29,223 bases of DNA from a virus. Taxonomy: Duplodnaviria; Heunggongvirae; Uroviricota; Caudoviricetes. The stretch lies in IMG/VR virus record IMGVR_UViG_3300020048_006428, positions 247,178 to 276,400 of that record. One strand, 5' to 3'. Below the pieces are notes generated by a model, which did not search any database, had not been told where the DNA came from, and saw only the letters and a list, made by a program, of their open reading frames with translations. A program made the position numbers and the translations under genes. Below are positions 6,883 to 15,605 of the stretch, one piece after another; the stretch's first letter is position 1, and each line of letters begins with the position of its first letter.

Positions 6883-7934
6883 TATTTACCTAATATTTTA
6901 TCAATTTGATCAATTTTGGCTTTATTATTATCATCAGAAATAAATTCGGCAAAATTGGCAACTTTAGACATTTTTTCTTCATCATTTTTAATTTTCCCTA
7001 ATGCGTCTGCTGCTTTTTTAGCATTGTCACCCATATCATTTTCAGCAACACCTATAATATCTTTATAACCCTTTTTAATGGTTGGTGAATTGTTTTTATC
7101 CAAAAATACTACACTTTGATCAGTATCATTTTGATCTAAACTATTTATTACTTTAACACCAACTATATCTTGTTGTTCAGTTGGTTTTTTGTTTTTATCA
7201 TAGTCATTTTTATCTTTATCTTTAAGTAAATATATAACAGGTGTTTTCTTATCAAAATATTCTTTTAATTTATCATAAGTCATTTCATCAGCATTTTCAC
7301 CTGATTTAGATTTAAGTTCTTTATAAAGTTTATCAATTTCTTCTTCTGTAATATCTTTTCTTAATTGATTTTTAATTTCCTTTTGAAAATTATCTAAGAA
7401 AGTAGATGCTATCTTCTTTTTTGCATTTATATCTTTTCCTTTATTTACTTCAATTATATAGTTAGATTTTGAATATTTAAATTTTATATCCTTTTTTAAT
7501 AATCCTTTTTGTGGATCAATTAAACCAACTAATCCAACAAAATCCATTTCTTTATTACCCATTAATATAGCTTTTGATAGTTCTATAACTGCTTTGGATT
7601 TACCTTTTCCTAAAGCAGTTTCAATATCCTTTCCTATATTATTTGATAGTTGGACTAAATTAATAGAAAAATTATCTACAATTCCTAATATAGATGTTTC
7701 ATCTTTTATATTAATTATTTCTTTTTGTGCCGAGTCTATTGCTTGATCTAAATTAGTTGTTATTACATTTACTAATGAATTTGGATCATCTTCTTTAAAC
7801 ATCTTTTTAAAATCATTGGCTAAGTCTTTAAATGGCCCAGCAAACATATTAGCAAGTTTTCCCAAAGCACCCTTTAAAGCAGGTAAAATGAATTCTTCAT
7901 TTAATTTAAATTCTTCGTATTTTTTAATTTTCAT
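6882..7934 (-). CDS. Hypothetical helical protein with N-terminal tag MKIKKYEEFKLNEE; candidate internal virion protein
   Basis: 350 aa; ATGA-coupled to LRR paralogue 2; amphipathic segment ILPALKGALGKLANMF follows the tag. Confidence 0.65.
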   Translation of the reverse strand: MKIKKYEEFKLNEEFILPALKGALGKLANMFAGPFKDLANDFKKMFKEDDPNSLVNVITTNLDQAIDSAQKEIINIKDETSILGIVDNFSINLVQLSNNIGKDIETALGKGKSKAVIELSKAILMGNKEMDFVGLVGLIDPQKGLLKKDIKFKYSKSNYIIEVNKGKDINAKKKIASTFLDNFQKEIKNQLRKDITEEEIDKLYKELKSKSGENADEMTYDKLKEYFDKKTPVIYLLKDKDKNDYDKNKKPTEQQDIVGVKVINSLDQNDTDQSVVFLDKNNSPTIKKGYKDIIGVAENDMGDNAKKAADALGKIKNDEEKMSKVANFAEFISDDNNKAKIDQIDKILGK

Positions 7935-8518
7935 ATGTAGGTATATCCTTCTATTTTTTCTGGTAGTTCTACCTGTTTATCATAATATTCATTGTAATCT
8001 TTAATAACTTCTTCTAAAAGATGTTTAACTATTTTACAATCTTTTCTTAAAAAGTTATATGTTTCTTGATAGTTTAAATATATTTTAACATTATAATCAA
8101 ATAATCGTATGACCCAATGTGTTATTGGATTTTCATGTGGAAAAAAATCACCACCTATTATTTTTGGATATCCATCCAAACTAGTTAATTCATTATCTTC
8201 CATATCAAAATCACCAACAACTTCTTTTGGACCACCTATTAAATTTGTTAATTCATTACCTATACAATAAAAATCATCACCTACATAATTTGGACTATTT
8301 TCTAATGTAGTTAATTCATTTCCACAACAATCAAACCAACCTGAAACTTTATTAAATTTAAGTGGCATTTTTGTTAATTTTTTACTATTTAAATCAACAT
8401 CACCATCTACATCAATTGATCCATCTGAATTAATTATATAGTTTTGTATACCATAATATTCACAAATATCATCAATTTGTGATTGATTGAAGTTTTCAAA
8501 TAATTTTAAGTATTTCAT
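7931..8518 (-). CDS. LRR-like protein with 21-aa repeats, paralogue 2, N-terminal tag MKYLKLFENF
   Basis: Units VSGWFDCCGNELTTLENSPNY / VGDDFYCIGNELTNLIGGPKE / VVGDFDMEDNELTSLDGYPKI; C-cap YQETYNFLRKDCKIVKHLLEE is shared with paralogue 1. Confidence 0.8.
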   Translation of the reverse strand: MKYLKLFENFNQSQIDDICEYYGIQNYIINSDGSIDVDGDVDLNSKKLTKMPLKFNKVSGWFDCCGNELTTLENSPNYVGDDFYCIGNELTNLIGGPKEVVGDFDMEDNELTSLDGYPKIIGGDFFPHENPITHWVIRLFDYNVKIYLNYQETYNFLRKDCKIVKHLLEEVIKDYNEYYDKQVELPEKIEGYTYI

Positions 8519-8525
8519 ATATACT

Positions 8526-8535
8526 TATATATTAA
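8526..8535 (-). promoter_or_regulatory. TTAATATATA motif, putative late promoter
   Basis: 7 nt upstream of the ATG at 8518. Confidence 0.6.
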
Positions 8536-8556
8536 ATAAACAAACCTAAAATTTAT

Positions 8557-9558
8557 TTATATAATATACTTAAATTTATAACCATTCCTTGACTTACATT
8601 CCTCTATATACTTAGATATAGTAGATCTTTTCATACTAAAATGATTAGATGCTTCTGTCAGTGAGTTAAATTCCATATATTCATTTTTATTTTCATTATA
8701 TGCAGAAACTTTAAACCCTTTTGTCTTTTTATTAAAAAAATTATTATAATCCACATCACTAATTTCAGATTCATATATCCACGCAAAATCACCACAAGTT
8801 TTCCTTTTTTTATTAAGACACAACCATATATTTTTGAAGCTTAAATTGTTTTCCCTTGATGCACACATTAAATTATCATAATTAGTAAAAATACCATACT
8901 TATCTATCCGATAAATCTTTTGTCCTAATTTTGTTGTTTTAGATATCCTAATTTTAAGTTTTTCTTCAATATTTGTATCATCTTGAAAGAAAAATGTATA
9001 ACCCCTATTGAAATTCATCCCCCCATTTAATATATCAGATATATTTTTATATGATACATTCAATTTCTCACTGGCTCTTCTTGAATTATTAAAATATTCA
9101 ATTAAATTCTCATTAATATCATAACATACTATTTTTTTACCGCTATTGTATGTAGCTATAAAAATTTTTTCTTTAGTTTTCTCTGACATTTTTCTACCTC
9201 TACTCTTTTCACCAATTTTTCTCCTAGTTTCGGCTGATGGATTTTGTAATCCATCACCACCTTCTGTCATATTTAATAAATTTACACCCAAATATCTAAA
9301 TAATCTAATATAGTGTATTTCCCAATAATCAATTTCAGATTCAAATTCATCTATTATAAAAAATTCTGGTTTCAAATTATCCAAAAATAAATGATGTTTC
9401 CACATAGATAGTCTTGTAGCATAATGGTTTTTATCTTTACTACAGTGGTTTTTATACCTATTTTTAGGATTTTTTGTTTTTCCAATATAAACAACCTCAT
9501 TTGTAATTGGGTGTGATAAACAATAAATATAATTTTTCATAGTCGGTAGTTTCTTCAT
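8557..9558 (-). mobile_element. Free-standing GIY-YIG homing endonuclease gene with NUMOD3 and three NUMOD1-like DNA-binding repeats
   Basis: YIY..VYIGKT..R..H and E...I...LLNMTEGG catalytic domain; SAETRRKIGEKSRGRKMSEKTKEKI (NUMOD3); three I/V..yd....F.s...As repeats (NUMOD1). No flanking intron or split host gene is evident. Confidence 0.9.
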
Positions 9559-9565
9559 TTAATTT

Positions 9566-9574
9566 TATATATTA
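9566..9574 (-). promoter_or_regulatory. TAATATATA motif, putative late promoter
   Basis: 7 nt upstream of the endonuclease ATG at 9558. Confidence 0.55.
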
Positions 9575-9619
9575 TTAAACTTTTATTACCCTTTCTAATA
9601 AAATAATAAAAAATAAAAT

Positions 9620-10165
9620 ATGAATTTACAAGAATATATTAATTTATCAGAAAAAACATTATCTACTGAATTTCATTCAGATAAAAAGATGGAAAATATT
9701 TTACATGCTGCAATTGGTCTTGCTACAGAAATTGATGAGCTACTTGATAACTATGAAAATGAAATGGATCCAATAAACCTCTTAGAGGAAGTTGGTGATA
9801 TTTATTGGTATTTAGCAATATTTTATAGGGAATATCCTGGTTCTGAAAAATTTAATCAATTTTTAGAAAAAAAATCACCTGAAAAAATAGTTATGGATAT
9901 ACTAAAATCTATACTAAAAATTCAAGATATGATAAAGAAGAAACTCTTCTACAATAAAAATATTGATAGTGAATCACTAATTGGATTAGTAATTTCAATT
10001 AATTCTAATTTATCAATATATTTAGAAAAATATAACTTAAATATAGAAGATGTTTGGTGTAAAAATATCAATAAATTAAAAGCTCGTTATGGAGATAAGT
10101 TTTCATCTGAAAAAGCTATAAATAGAGATTTAGTAAAAGAAAAAAATATTTTAGAAAATGAATAA
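9620..10165 (+). CDS. MazG-like nucleotide pyrophosphohydrolase (all-alpha NTP-PPase)
   Basis: LHAAIGLATEIDELLD...LLEEVGDIYWYLA and C-terminal NINKLKARYGDKFS..A..RD. Confidence 0.85.
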   Translation: MNLQEYINLSEKTLSTEFHSDKKMENILHAAIGLATEIDELLDNYENEMDPINLLEEVGDIYWYLAIFYREYPGSEKFNQFLEKKSPEKIVMDILKSILKIQDMIKKKLFYNKNIDSESLIGLVISINSNLSIYLEKYNLNIEDVWCKNINKLKARYGDKFSSEKAINRDLVKEKNILENE

Positions 10166-10514
10166 TTTAGTACAATTAATGCAAACTATTTCAGTTAGAA
10201 ATAAACTACTTTCTAATGATTTGAAATCAATGAAAAATGAATTAGAGGCTATTTTTGAAAATAAAGTTTTAGAAGCTGGCGTAACTACACCAGGTTATTT
10301 CCATTACTTCTTACCCACTTTAGATAAATATCAATATAATAGAATTATAACTTCATATCATATGTCAGAAGAACAATATAGTGATGGTACAACTGGACAA
10401 AATATTAAAATACCAATAGTTGATGTTATGTCAAATGGTAATTCAATTAGGATTTTTATAACACCAAGAACATTTTTAAGAAATCTAAAATTAGAACATT
10501 TATTAAATGAATAA
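10158..10514 (+). CDS. Hypothetical protein with C-terminal tag LRNLKLEHLL
   Basis: Overlaps both neighbours by 8 nt. Confidence 0.6.
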   Translation: MNNLVQLMQTISVRNKLLSNDLKSMKNELEAIFENKVLEAGVTTPGYFHYFLPTLDKYQYNRIITSYHMSEEQYSDGTTGQNIKIPIVDVMSNGNSIRIFITPRTFLRNLKLEHLLNE

Positions 10515-11277
10515 AATATATTTAGGTGATTGTTTGGAATTGATGAATGATATACCAGATAAAAGCATAGACCTTATATGTTGTGATTTACCATATGGAA
10601 CTACTAAATGTTCTTGGGATTCAATTATACCATTAGATAAATTATGGGAGCATTATAAAAGAATTATCAAGAACAATGGTGCGATAATATTATTTGCACA
10701 AACACCATTTGATAAAGTGTTAGGGTGTTCAAACTTAGAATGGTTAAGATATGAATGGATATGGGAAAAAACTCAAGCAACAGGATTTTTAAATGCAAAA
10801 AAAATGCCCCTAAAATCACATGAAAATATATTAGTTTTTTATAAAAATTTACCAACATATAATCCACAAAAAACATTTGGTCATAAGCCAATAAATAAAT
10901 ATACTAAAAAAGCATCAGTTCAAAATAAAACCGAAGTATATGGTAAAGTTAAAACTGATGTTAGTGGTGGTGGTGAAACAGATAGATATCCAAGAAGTGT
11001 TCAGATATTTTCATCTGATAAACAAAAAAACAAATTAAATGGTACAATTCACCCTACGCAAAAACCATTAAAACTATTAGAATATCTAATAATGACATAT
11101 AGTAATGAAGGTGATGTTGTATTAGATAATTGTGCTGGATCATCAACAACAGCAATTGCTTGTATTAATACAAATAGAAATTGGATTATGATGGAAAAGG
11201 AAGAAAAGTATTTTGAATTATCAAAAGGAAGAATTACAGAACATTTTAGGGATAAACAAATTAAATCAATAATATGA
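10507..11277 (+). CDS. Site-specific DNA methyltransferase (N6-adenine/N4-cytosine, beta class) with appended C-terminal tag FRDKQIKSII
   Basis: Catalytic motif DLPYG (DPPY variant) near the N-terminus; HPTQKP and VVLDNCAGSSTT SAM-binding region near the C-terminus. Confidence 0.9.
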   Translation: MNKIYLGDCLELMNDIPDKSIDLICCDLPYGTTKCSWDSIIPLDKLWEHYKRIIKNNGAIILFAQTPFDKVLGCSNLEWLRYEWIWEKTQATGFLNAKKMPLKSHENILVFYKNLPTYNPQKTFGHKPINKYTKKASVQNKTEVYGKVKTDVSGGGETDRYPRSVQIFSSDKQKNKLNGTIHPTQKPLKLLEYLIMTYSNEGDVVLDNCAGSSTTAIACINTNRNWIMMEKEEKYFELSKGRITEHFRDKQIKSII

Positions 11278-11351
11278 ATTGGACTAAACTCCAAGAATTA
11301 CTGCCGACTCAGCGATTTGGTTGGAAAGAAAATAATATGAATTGGACTAAA
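11268..11351 (+). repeat. 21-bp direct repeat AATAATATGAATTGGACTAAA flanking a 42-bp unique insert
   Basis: Exact copies at 11268-11288 and 11331-11351 (63-bp period, in frame); the insert is 19/42 G+C. Confidence 0.9.
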
Positions 11352-11723
11352 AATATTTTATTAAGTGAAACTGGTTTGGATTTTGATTTTCTTTATATTA
11401 AATCTAAAAAGGTATTATTTAATTATCATAGTCTTTGTGAAACAATAAGAATTGTAGAACTTAACAATGGAAAAATAAATTTTTTCTATTATAGTGGTTT
11501 AATTCACAAAAATAATTTCTTCTATAAAAATAAGCTAAGTTATAAATATTTATGTTTTCGATTTTATAAACTTTTTAATAATTTTTATCTAAAAGATGAA
11601 AGAATTGATGACTTCACAAACAGTGATAAATTCAAAAAATATATGGAAAAATATCCATTTTTAGTGGAACATTTTCCTATATTTAAAAGAGAAGAAAAAC
11701 TAAAACAGTTATTAGATGAATAA
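11274..11723 (+). CDS. Hypothetical protein with a duplicated start (MNWTK twice) and C-terminal tag KREEKLKQLL
   Basis: ATGA-coupled to the methyltransferase; alternative start at 11337. Confidence 0.6.
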   Translation: MNWTKLQELLPTQRFGWKENNMNWTKNILLSETGLDFDFLYIKSKKVLFNYHSLCETIRIVELNNGKINFFYYSGLIHKNNFFYKNKLSYKYLCFRFYKLFNNFYLKDERIDDFTNSDKFKKYMEKYPFLVEHFPIFKREEKLKQLLDE

Positions 11724-12048
11724 AGTTATTTATAAAACAAAATTTGAAATATTACCAACAAGGAAAATATCAGCAGATAGGGAAAATAAATTGAATCTAC
11801 TTGAAATAGATTGTTTCTTTTCAGATTCACAAATTAAATTACCAGAAGTTGATAGCTTATTCGTCTTAAATGGTAATAAATATAAAGTTGAAGGGTTTAA
11901 ATATAGTCTCTCAAAAGAAGATGATGAAACAATATATGAAACAATAATTGTACTAATGGATTTTTTAAATAGACAAACACCTGATACTGGTGCTAAATAT
12001 AAACCTTATATGGATATATATTTAAATCCAAATAAAAAAATAATATAA
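11716..12048 (+). CDS. Hypothetical protein with an internal tag-like segment DRENKLNLL
   Basis: Operon-coupled 110-aa ORF. Confidence 0.6.
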   Translation: MNKVIYKTKFEILPTRKISADRENKLNLLEIDCFFSDSQIKLPEVDSLFVLNGNKYKVEGFKYSLSKEDDETIYETIIVLMDFLNRQTPDTGAKYKPYMDIYLNPNKKII

Positions 12049-12054
12049 AAAAAT

Positions 12055-13227
12055 ATGAATAAATTAGCTTTAAATTTCATTTGTAAAAATGAATCAAAAG
12101 TAATAGAGCGGATGTTAAATTCTGTTAAAAATATAGTTGATTTAATAGTTGTTAATGACACTGGTTCTACTGATGGTACACAGGATATAATTAAAAAATT
12201 TGGAATTGATAATGATATACCAACTTTTGTTTTTGAACGAACTTTTGATGACTTCCAAAATAGTCGGAATTTTGCAATGCAAAAATTAAATGATGTTGTT
12301 AATGATATTGGTTGGGATAAAGACAAAACCCATGGGTTTTGGATAGATTGTGATGAACAACTTGTTATTGATCACAATTTTAACAAGACACAATTTACAA
12401 AAGATTTATATATGATAAATACATATATTGGATCAATGAAATATACTAGAAATACATTTTTTAAGCTTTCAAAAAGTTTTGAATGGTATGGTGTAGTTCA
12501 TGAATTTATTATTTCAAAAGAAAGTGGATTGACATCAGGGTTAGCAGAAAATATTTCTGTTAAGGTTAGTATGGATGGACATTCTTGGGATGGAAATATA
12601 TCAGATAAATATTTTAATCATTCTCAAATTCTTGAAAAATATTTATCAAAGGATAAGAGAGATCCAAGGTGGATTTTCTATTGTGCTCAATCCTTTCATG
12701 ATTCAGCTTCTAGCCAAGATAGACTTGAAAATGAAGAAAGATTAAGACGTTCTATGAAATATTATAAAGAACGTGTTAATAGAACAGATGGTTATGAAGA
12801 AGAAAGATTTTACTCACAATTCCGTTTAGGAACGATTAAAAGAGCTTTGGAATATCCTTGGGCAGAAACTATGCAAGAGTTGCTTAAAGCCTATGCAATG
12901 GATCCAATGAGGGCTGAACCTATAAAGGTTATAATTGATTATTACTTATCTGTAAATGAATGGAATTTAGCTTATCTTTATAGTAAAGCAGCTAAAGTAA
13001 CTTTCCACGGAAAAAACCCATATCCAACCAGATTATTATTTGTTGATGAATCATTATATACATGGAAATTATTAGAAGTGCATGCGGCAGCTTGTTATTA
13101 CACAGGTAGAAAAGAAGAAGCGGCAGCGACTTATAAAGAACTACAAGATATAATTAAAAAGATGCCACAAATATTTTCACAAGATGATATGAATAAAATT
13201 AATGCAAATGCACAATTCTTTAGATAA
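12055..13227 (+). CDS. Glycosyltransferase family 2 with C-terminal TPR-like repeats
   Basis: ICKNESKVIERMLNSV..IVVNDTGSTDGT, DxD motif (WIDCDE) and W.GVVHE, followed by helical TPR-like repeats (RWIFYCAQSF, P.RAEP). Confidence 0.88.
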   Translation: MNKLALNFICKNESKVIERMLNSVKNIVDLIVVNDTGSTDGTQDIIKKFGIDNDIPTFVFERTFDDFQNSRNFAMQKLNDVVNDIGWDKDKTHGFWIDCDEQLVIDHNFNKTQFTKDLYMINTYIGSMKYTRNTFFKLSKSFEWYGVVHEFIISKESGLTSGLAENISVKVSMDGHSWDGNISDKYFNHSQILEKYLSKDKRDPRWIFYCAQSFHDSASSQDRLENEERLRRSMKYYKERVNRTDGYEEERFYSQFRLGTIKRALEYPWAETMQELLKAYAMDPMRAEPIKVIIDYYLSVNEWNLAYLYSKAAKVTFHGKNPYPTRLLFVDESLYTWKLLEVHAAACYYTGRKEEAAATYKELQDIIKKMPQIFSQDDMNKINANAQFFR

Positions 13228-13230
13228 AAT

Positions 13231-13788
13231 ATGGCTAAATTAATATGTATTTTAGGTGCGCCTGCATCTGGGAAATCTACTTTGGCTTCTGATGTTCACA
13301 CTGAACTAAAGAAGCTGGGTAAGAATTCAATCTATATAACGGAAGCCGCTACAGACTTTATCGCAGAATTCGGAATACCAAATAGTCCAATAGATCAATT
13401 AGTTATATTCTATCAACAATTAAATAGAGAAAGAATGTATTTGGATTCTAAGGATTATATAATATGTGATTCATCTGGAATTTTAAATTATTTCTATTTT
13501 AGGGGTTTATTTGGTAACAAATTATCTAATAAAGATATAGCAGTTATCAATCACTTACAAAAGGAAATACTTAAAACTATCAATCAGTGGTCAAATATAT
13601 TTTATATACCACCAATTTTAAATAATAAATCATCTAATGATGGAATAAGATATCACAATGATGATCAAATAGTTAAATTAGATCGTTGGATAAAATCTTA
13701 TTTGGAATTGGAAAATATTGAACACGATGATTTGTCTGATGTTAAAATTAATGATAGGGCAAATGTAATTATACAAAAAATATTATAA
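13231..13788 (+). CDS. P-loop NTPase/kinase, AAA_28 (NadR/Ttd14-like)
   Basis: Walker A GAPASGKST, EAATDFI, IICDSS, and a late DGIRYH segment. Confidence 0.75.
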   Translation: MAKLICILGAPASGKSTLASDVHTELKKLGKNSIYITEAATDFIAEFGIPNSPIDQLVIFYQQLNRERMYLDSKDYIICDSSGILNYFYFRGLFGNKLSNKDIAVINHLQKEILKTINQWSNIFYIPPILNNKSSNDGIRYHNDDQIVKLDRWIKSYLELENIEHDDLSDVKINDRANVIIQKIL

Positions 13789-13790
13789 TA

Positions 13791-13823
13791 AAAAAGACTC
13801 TTATATTTTATAAGAGTCTTTTT
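13791..13823. terminator. Bidirectional intrinsic terminator
   Basis: AAAAAGACTCTTATA-TTT-TATAAGAGTCTTTTT, a perfect 15-bp stem between convergent genes. Confidence 0.85.
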
Positions 13824-13825
13824 GT

Positions 13826-14443
13826 TTATTTACTTAGAAGTTTAATTAAATCTTCTGTTATTTTAGAAATCATTTTTTTACCTTCAAATTCAACTAATGG
13901 TATATTCTTAATCCAAGAGTATTTATCATTTCCATCAATTTTGATATTTTCGATTAATTTACACATTTTTGGATTTTTTGAAAATTTAGCAACATAAAAA
14001 GATTTCAATTCATTTAAGAAGCTACCTAAATCAACACCCTTTTTGTAGTTATATTTTACCATCTGTAATTCATTATCTTGTTTTTCAACCATAATATACC
14101 AAATAGATGATTTAGAAACTTTAACATTTTCTAAAAAATTAAATCCTTTAGAAGCCTTTACACCTTTTGGTAGTTTTGCAACTTTTCCAAAAAATTGAAC
14201 TTCTTCATTAGTTAATTCGGTTTCTTCTTGTTCAGGCTTTAAATATTTAGTTGAAGCAGGTTTTTCTTGCTTACTTTTATTCAAAGGTAAATTTGGATTC
14301 ATAGGAATATCTTCATCATTAAAAGGTTTTTCAGTTAATTCAGGATTATCTTTAGGTTCTTTAGTTTTATTACCTGATGTCATATCAGAGAATTTTTTAA
14401 ATGATGAAATCTTATTATCAGTTTCGTTATTTTTCTTAATCAT
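13826..14443 (-). CDS. Hypothetical protein (tag-like ISSFKKFSD near the N-terminus)
   Basis: 205 aa; low-complexity N-terminal region then a globular C-terminal region; TTTATATATA upstream. Confidence 0.65.
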   Translation of the reverse strand: MIKKNNETDNKISSFKKFSDMTSGNKTKEPKDNPELTEKPFNDEDIPMNPNLPLNKSKQEKPASTKYLKPEQEETELTNEEVQFFGKVAKLPKGVKASKGFNFLENVKVSKSSIWYIMVEKQDNELQMVKYNYKKGVDLGSFLNELKSFYVAKFSKNPKMCKLIENIKIDGNDKYSWIKNIPLVEFEGKKMISKITEDLIKLLSK

Positions 14444-14466
14444 TTTCTATAATTGTTTTGTATAAG

Positions 14467-14476
14467 TATATATAAA
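14467..14476 (-). promoter_or_regulatory. TTTATATATA, variant of the putative late promoter
   Basis: Upstream of the 14443 start. Confidence 0.45.
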
Positions 14477-14517
14477 TATTATATAGCTGTTTTTTAATTT
14501 TTAATAAATTATTTTTT

Positions 14518-14772
14518 TTAATTCTTGTGTTTATAATAATATTTATCAACATTATAATTTTTAAGATTCTTAAGGATATTGAAATTATCAAATAACATTG
14601 ACACAGGTCTTTGTAATAATTTCAAAAAATTATTCATTAAATTGTTATTATAAATGTGTGGTGAAAGACTCTTATCTAAGATATTCTTTTCGTAATCTAC
14701 ATAATCTGTATCATCATCATGACGATGTTTCATATAGTGTAATTCTGGTAATGATTGTTCTTCGTAGTACAT
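14518..14772 (-). CDS. Hypothetical protein
   Basis: 84-aa ORF downstream of the membrane protein; next to the baseplate locus, but a structural role is unproven. Confidence 0.55.
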   Translation of the reverse strand: MYYEEQSLPELHYMKHRHDDDTDYVDYEKNILDKSLSPHIYNNNLMNNFLKLLQRPVSMLFDNFNILKNLKNYNVDKYYYKHKN

Positions 14773-14780
14773 AAGTTATA

Positions 14781-15503
14781 TTATTTTTCTATATATTCTT
14801 TTCCATTATCTATAAATTTCATTCCTTTTAATTGACCATTTATAGAATTGCATATTAAATCAGAATTACATATAGTATTTTCTAATATTGATAGCAATAT
14901 ATTCAATATAGAATATATTTTTAGATAATTTTTATCTGAATCATAAAACTGCGAATTACAAACACCTTCTATTAAATCAATTGTTAGTGATATAGTATCA
15001 TTATTCTTAACTTTCATTTTTTCAATAATTATCATCGGTATTCCAACTGATAACATTTCTTTTTCATAGTTATATATAATATCATTAATTAATTTCAACA
15101 AACTTGTCCATAATTGAGAATCATCCATTTTTTCAAATTCTTTATTTTCAATAAATTCTTTTATTTTATCTTTATGTGTTTTTAAGAAAATACTAAGATA
15201 TCTTCTAAAAACAACAGTTCTATATTCAGATGAAAATTTAAATGTAGGTATTTTTGAATATATCCAAAAATCAATATAGCTAAATATGTCATGATTTACT
15301 ATATCTGATTCTGCAATTACCTTTTCTCTAGACTTATTTTTAGACTTAACTATTTTTTCAATTATTAAGTCACTAACTTTTGTCATGAAATTAGCGAACC
15401 AAGTAGATTTAATAATTAACCATAACAAAAGTATAATACAAGCTAAAATTGTTCCGCCAATCCCAAATGATTTAAAAGCCCCCAATATCTCATTTATCCC
15501 CAT
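14781..15503 (-). CDS. Membrane-anchored hypothetical protein (single N-terminal TM helix)
   Basis: FGIGGTILACIILLLWLII hydrophobic segment; ATG at 15503 preferred over the TTG at 15506. Confidence 0.65.
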   Translation of the reverse strand: MGINEILGAFKSFGIGGTILACIILLLWLIIKSTWFANFMTKVSDLIIEKIVKSKNKSREKVIAESDIVNHDIFSYIDFWIYSKIPTFKFSSEYRTVVFRRYLSIFLKTHKDKIKEFIENKEFEKMDDSQLWTSLLKLINDIIYNYEKEMLSVGIPMIIIEKMKVKNNDTISLTIDLIEGVCNSQFYDSDKNYLKIYSILNILLSILENTICNSDLICNSINGQLKGMKFIDNGKEYIEK

Positions 15504-15527
15504 CAAAATATAATATTTTTCTTATTG

Positions 15528-15581
15528 TATATATTATATTTAAAAAACATTTTAATTAAGATCTTAGATTTTTAATATATA
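15528..15581. promoter_or_regulatory. Divergent pair of putative late promoters
   Basis: TAATATATA on the minus strand at 15528-15536 and TTAATATATA on the plus strand at 15572-15581, upstream of the baseplate gene. Confidence 0.6.
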
Positions 15582-15605
15582 ATTAAATAAATAATATAAA
15601 ATAAA

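Noticed and set aside
7816-8004. Plus-strand ORF (62 aa)
   Set aside because: Antisense across the junction of two supported minus-strand genes.
2875-8518. Diversity-generating retroelement acting on the LRR paralogues
   Set aside because: No reverse transcriptase in the window, and differences between the paralogue caps include many non-adenine synonymous changes, consistent with ordinary divergence.
8557-9558. Group I intron around the homing endonuclease
   Set aside because: The flanks are only tens of nucleotides with promoter motifs, there is no room for an intron core, and no split host gene is evident.
10667-12326. Minus-strand ORFs 10667..10891, 11049..11294 and 12006..12326
   Set aside because: Shadows of the methyltransferase and glycosyltransferase operon.
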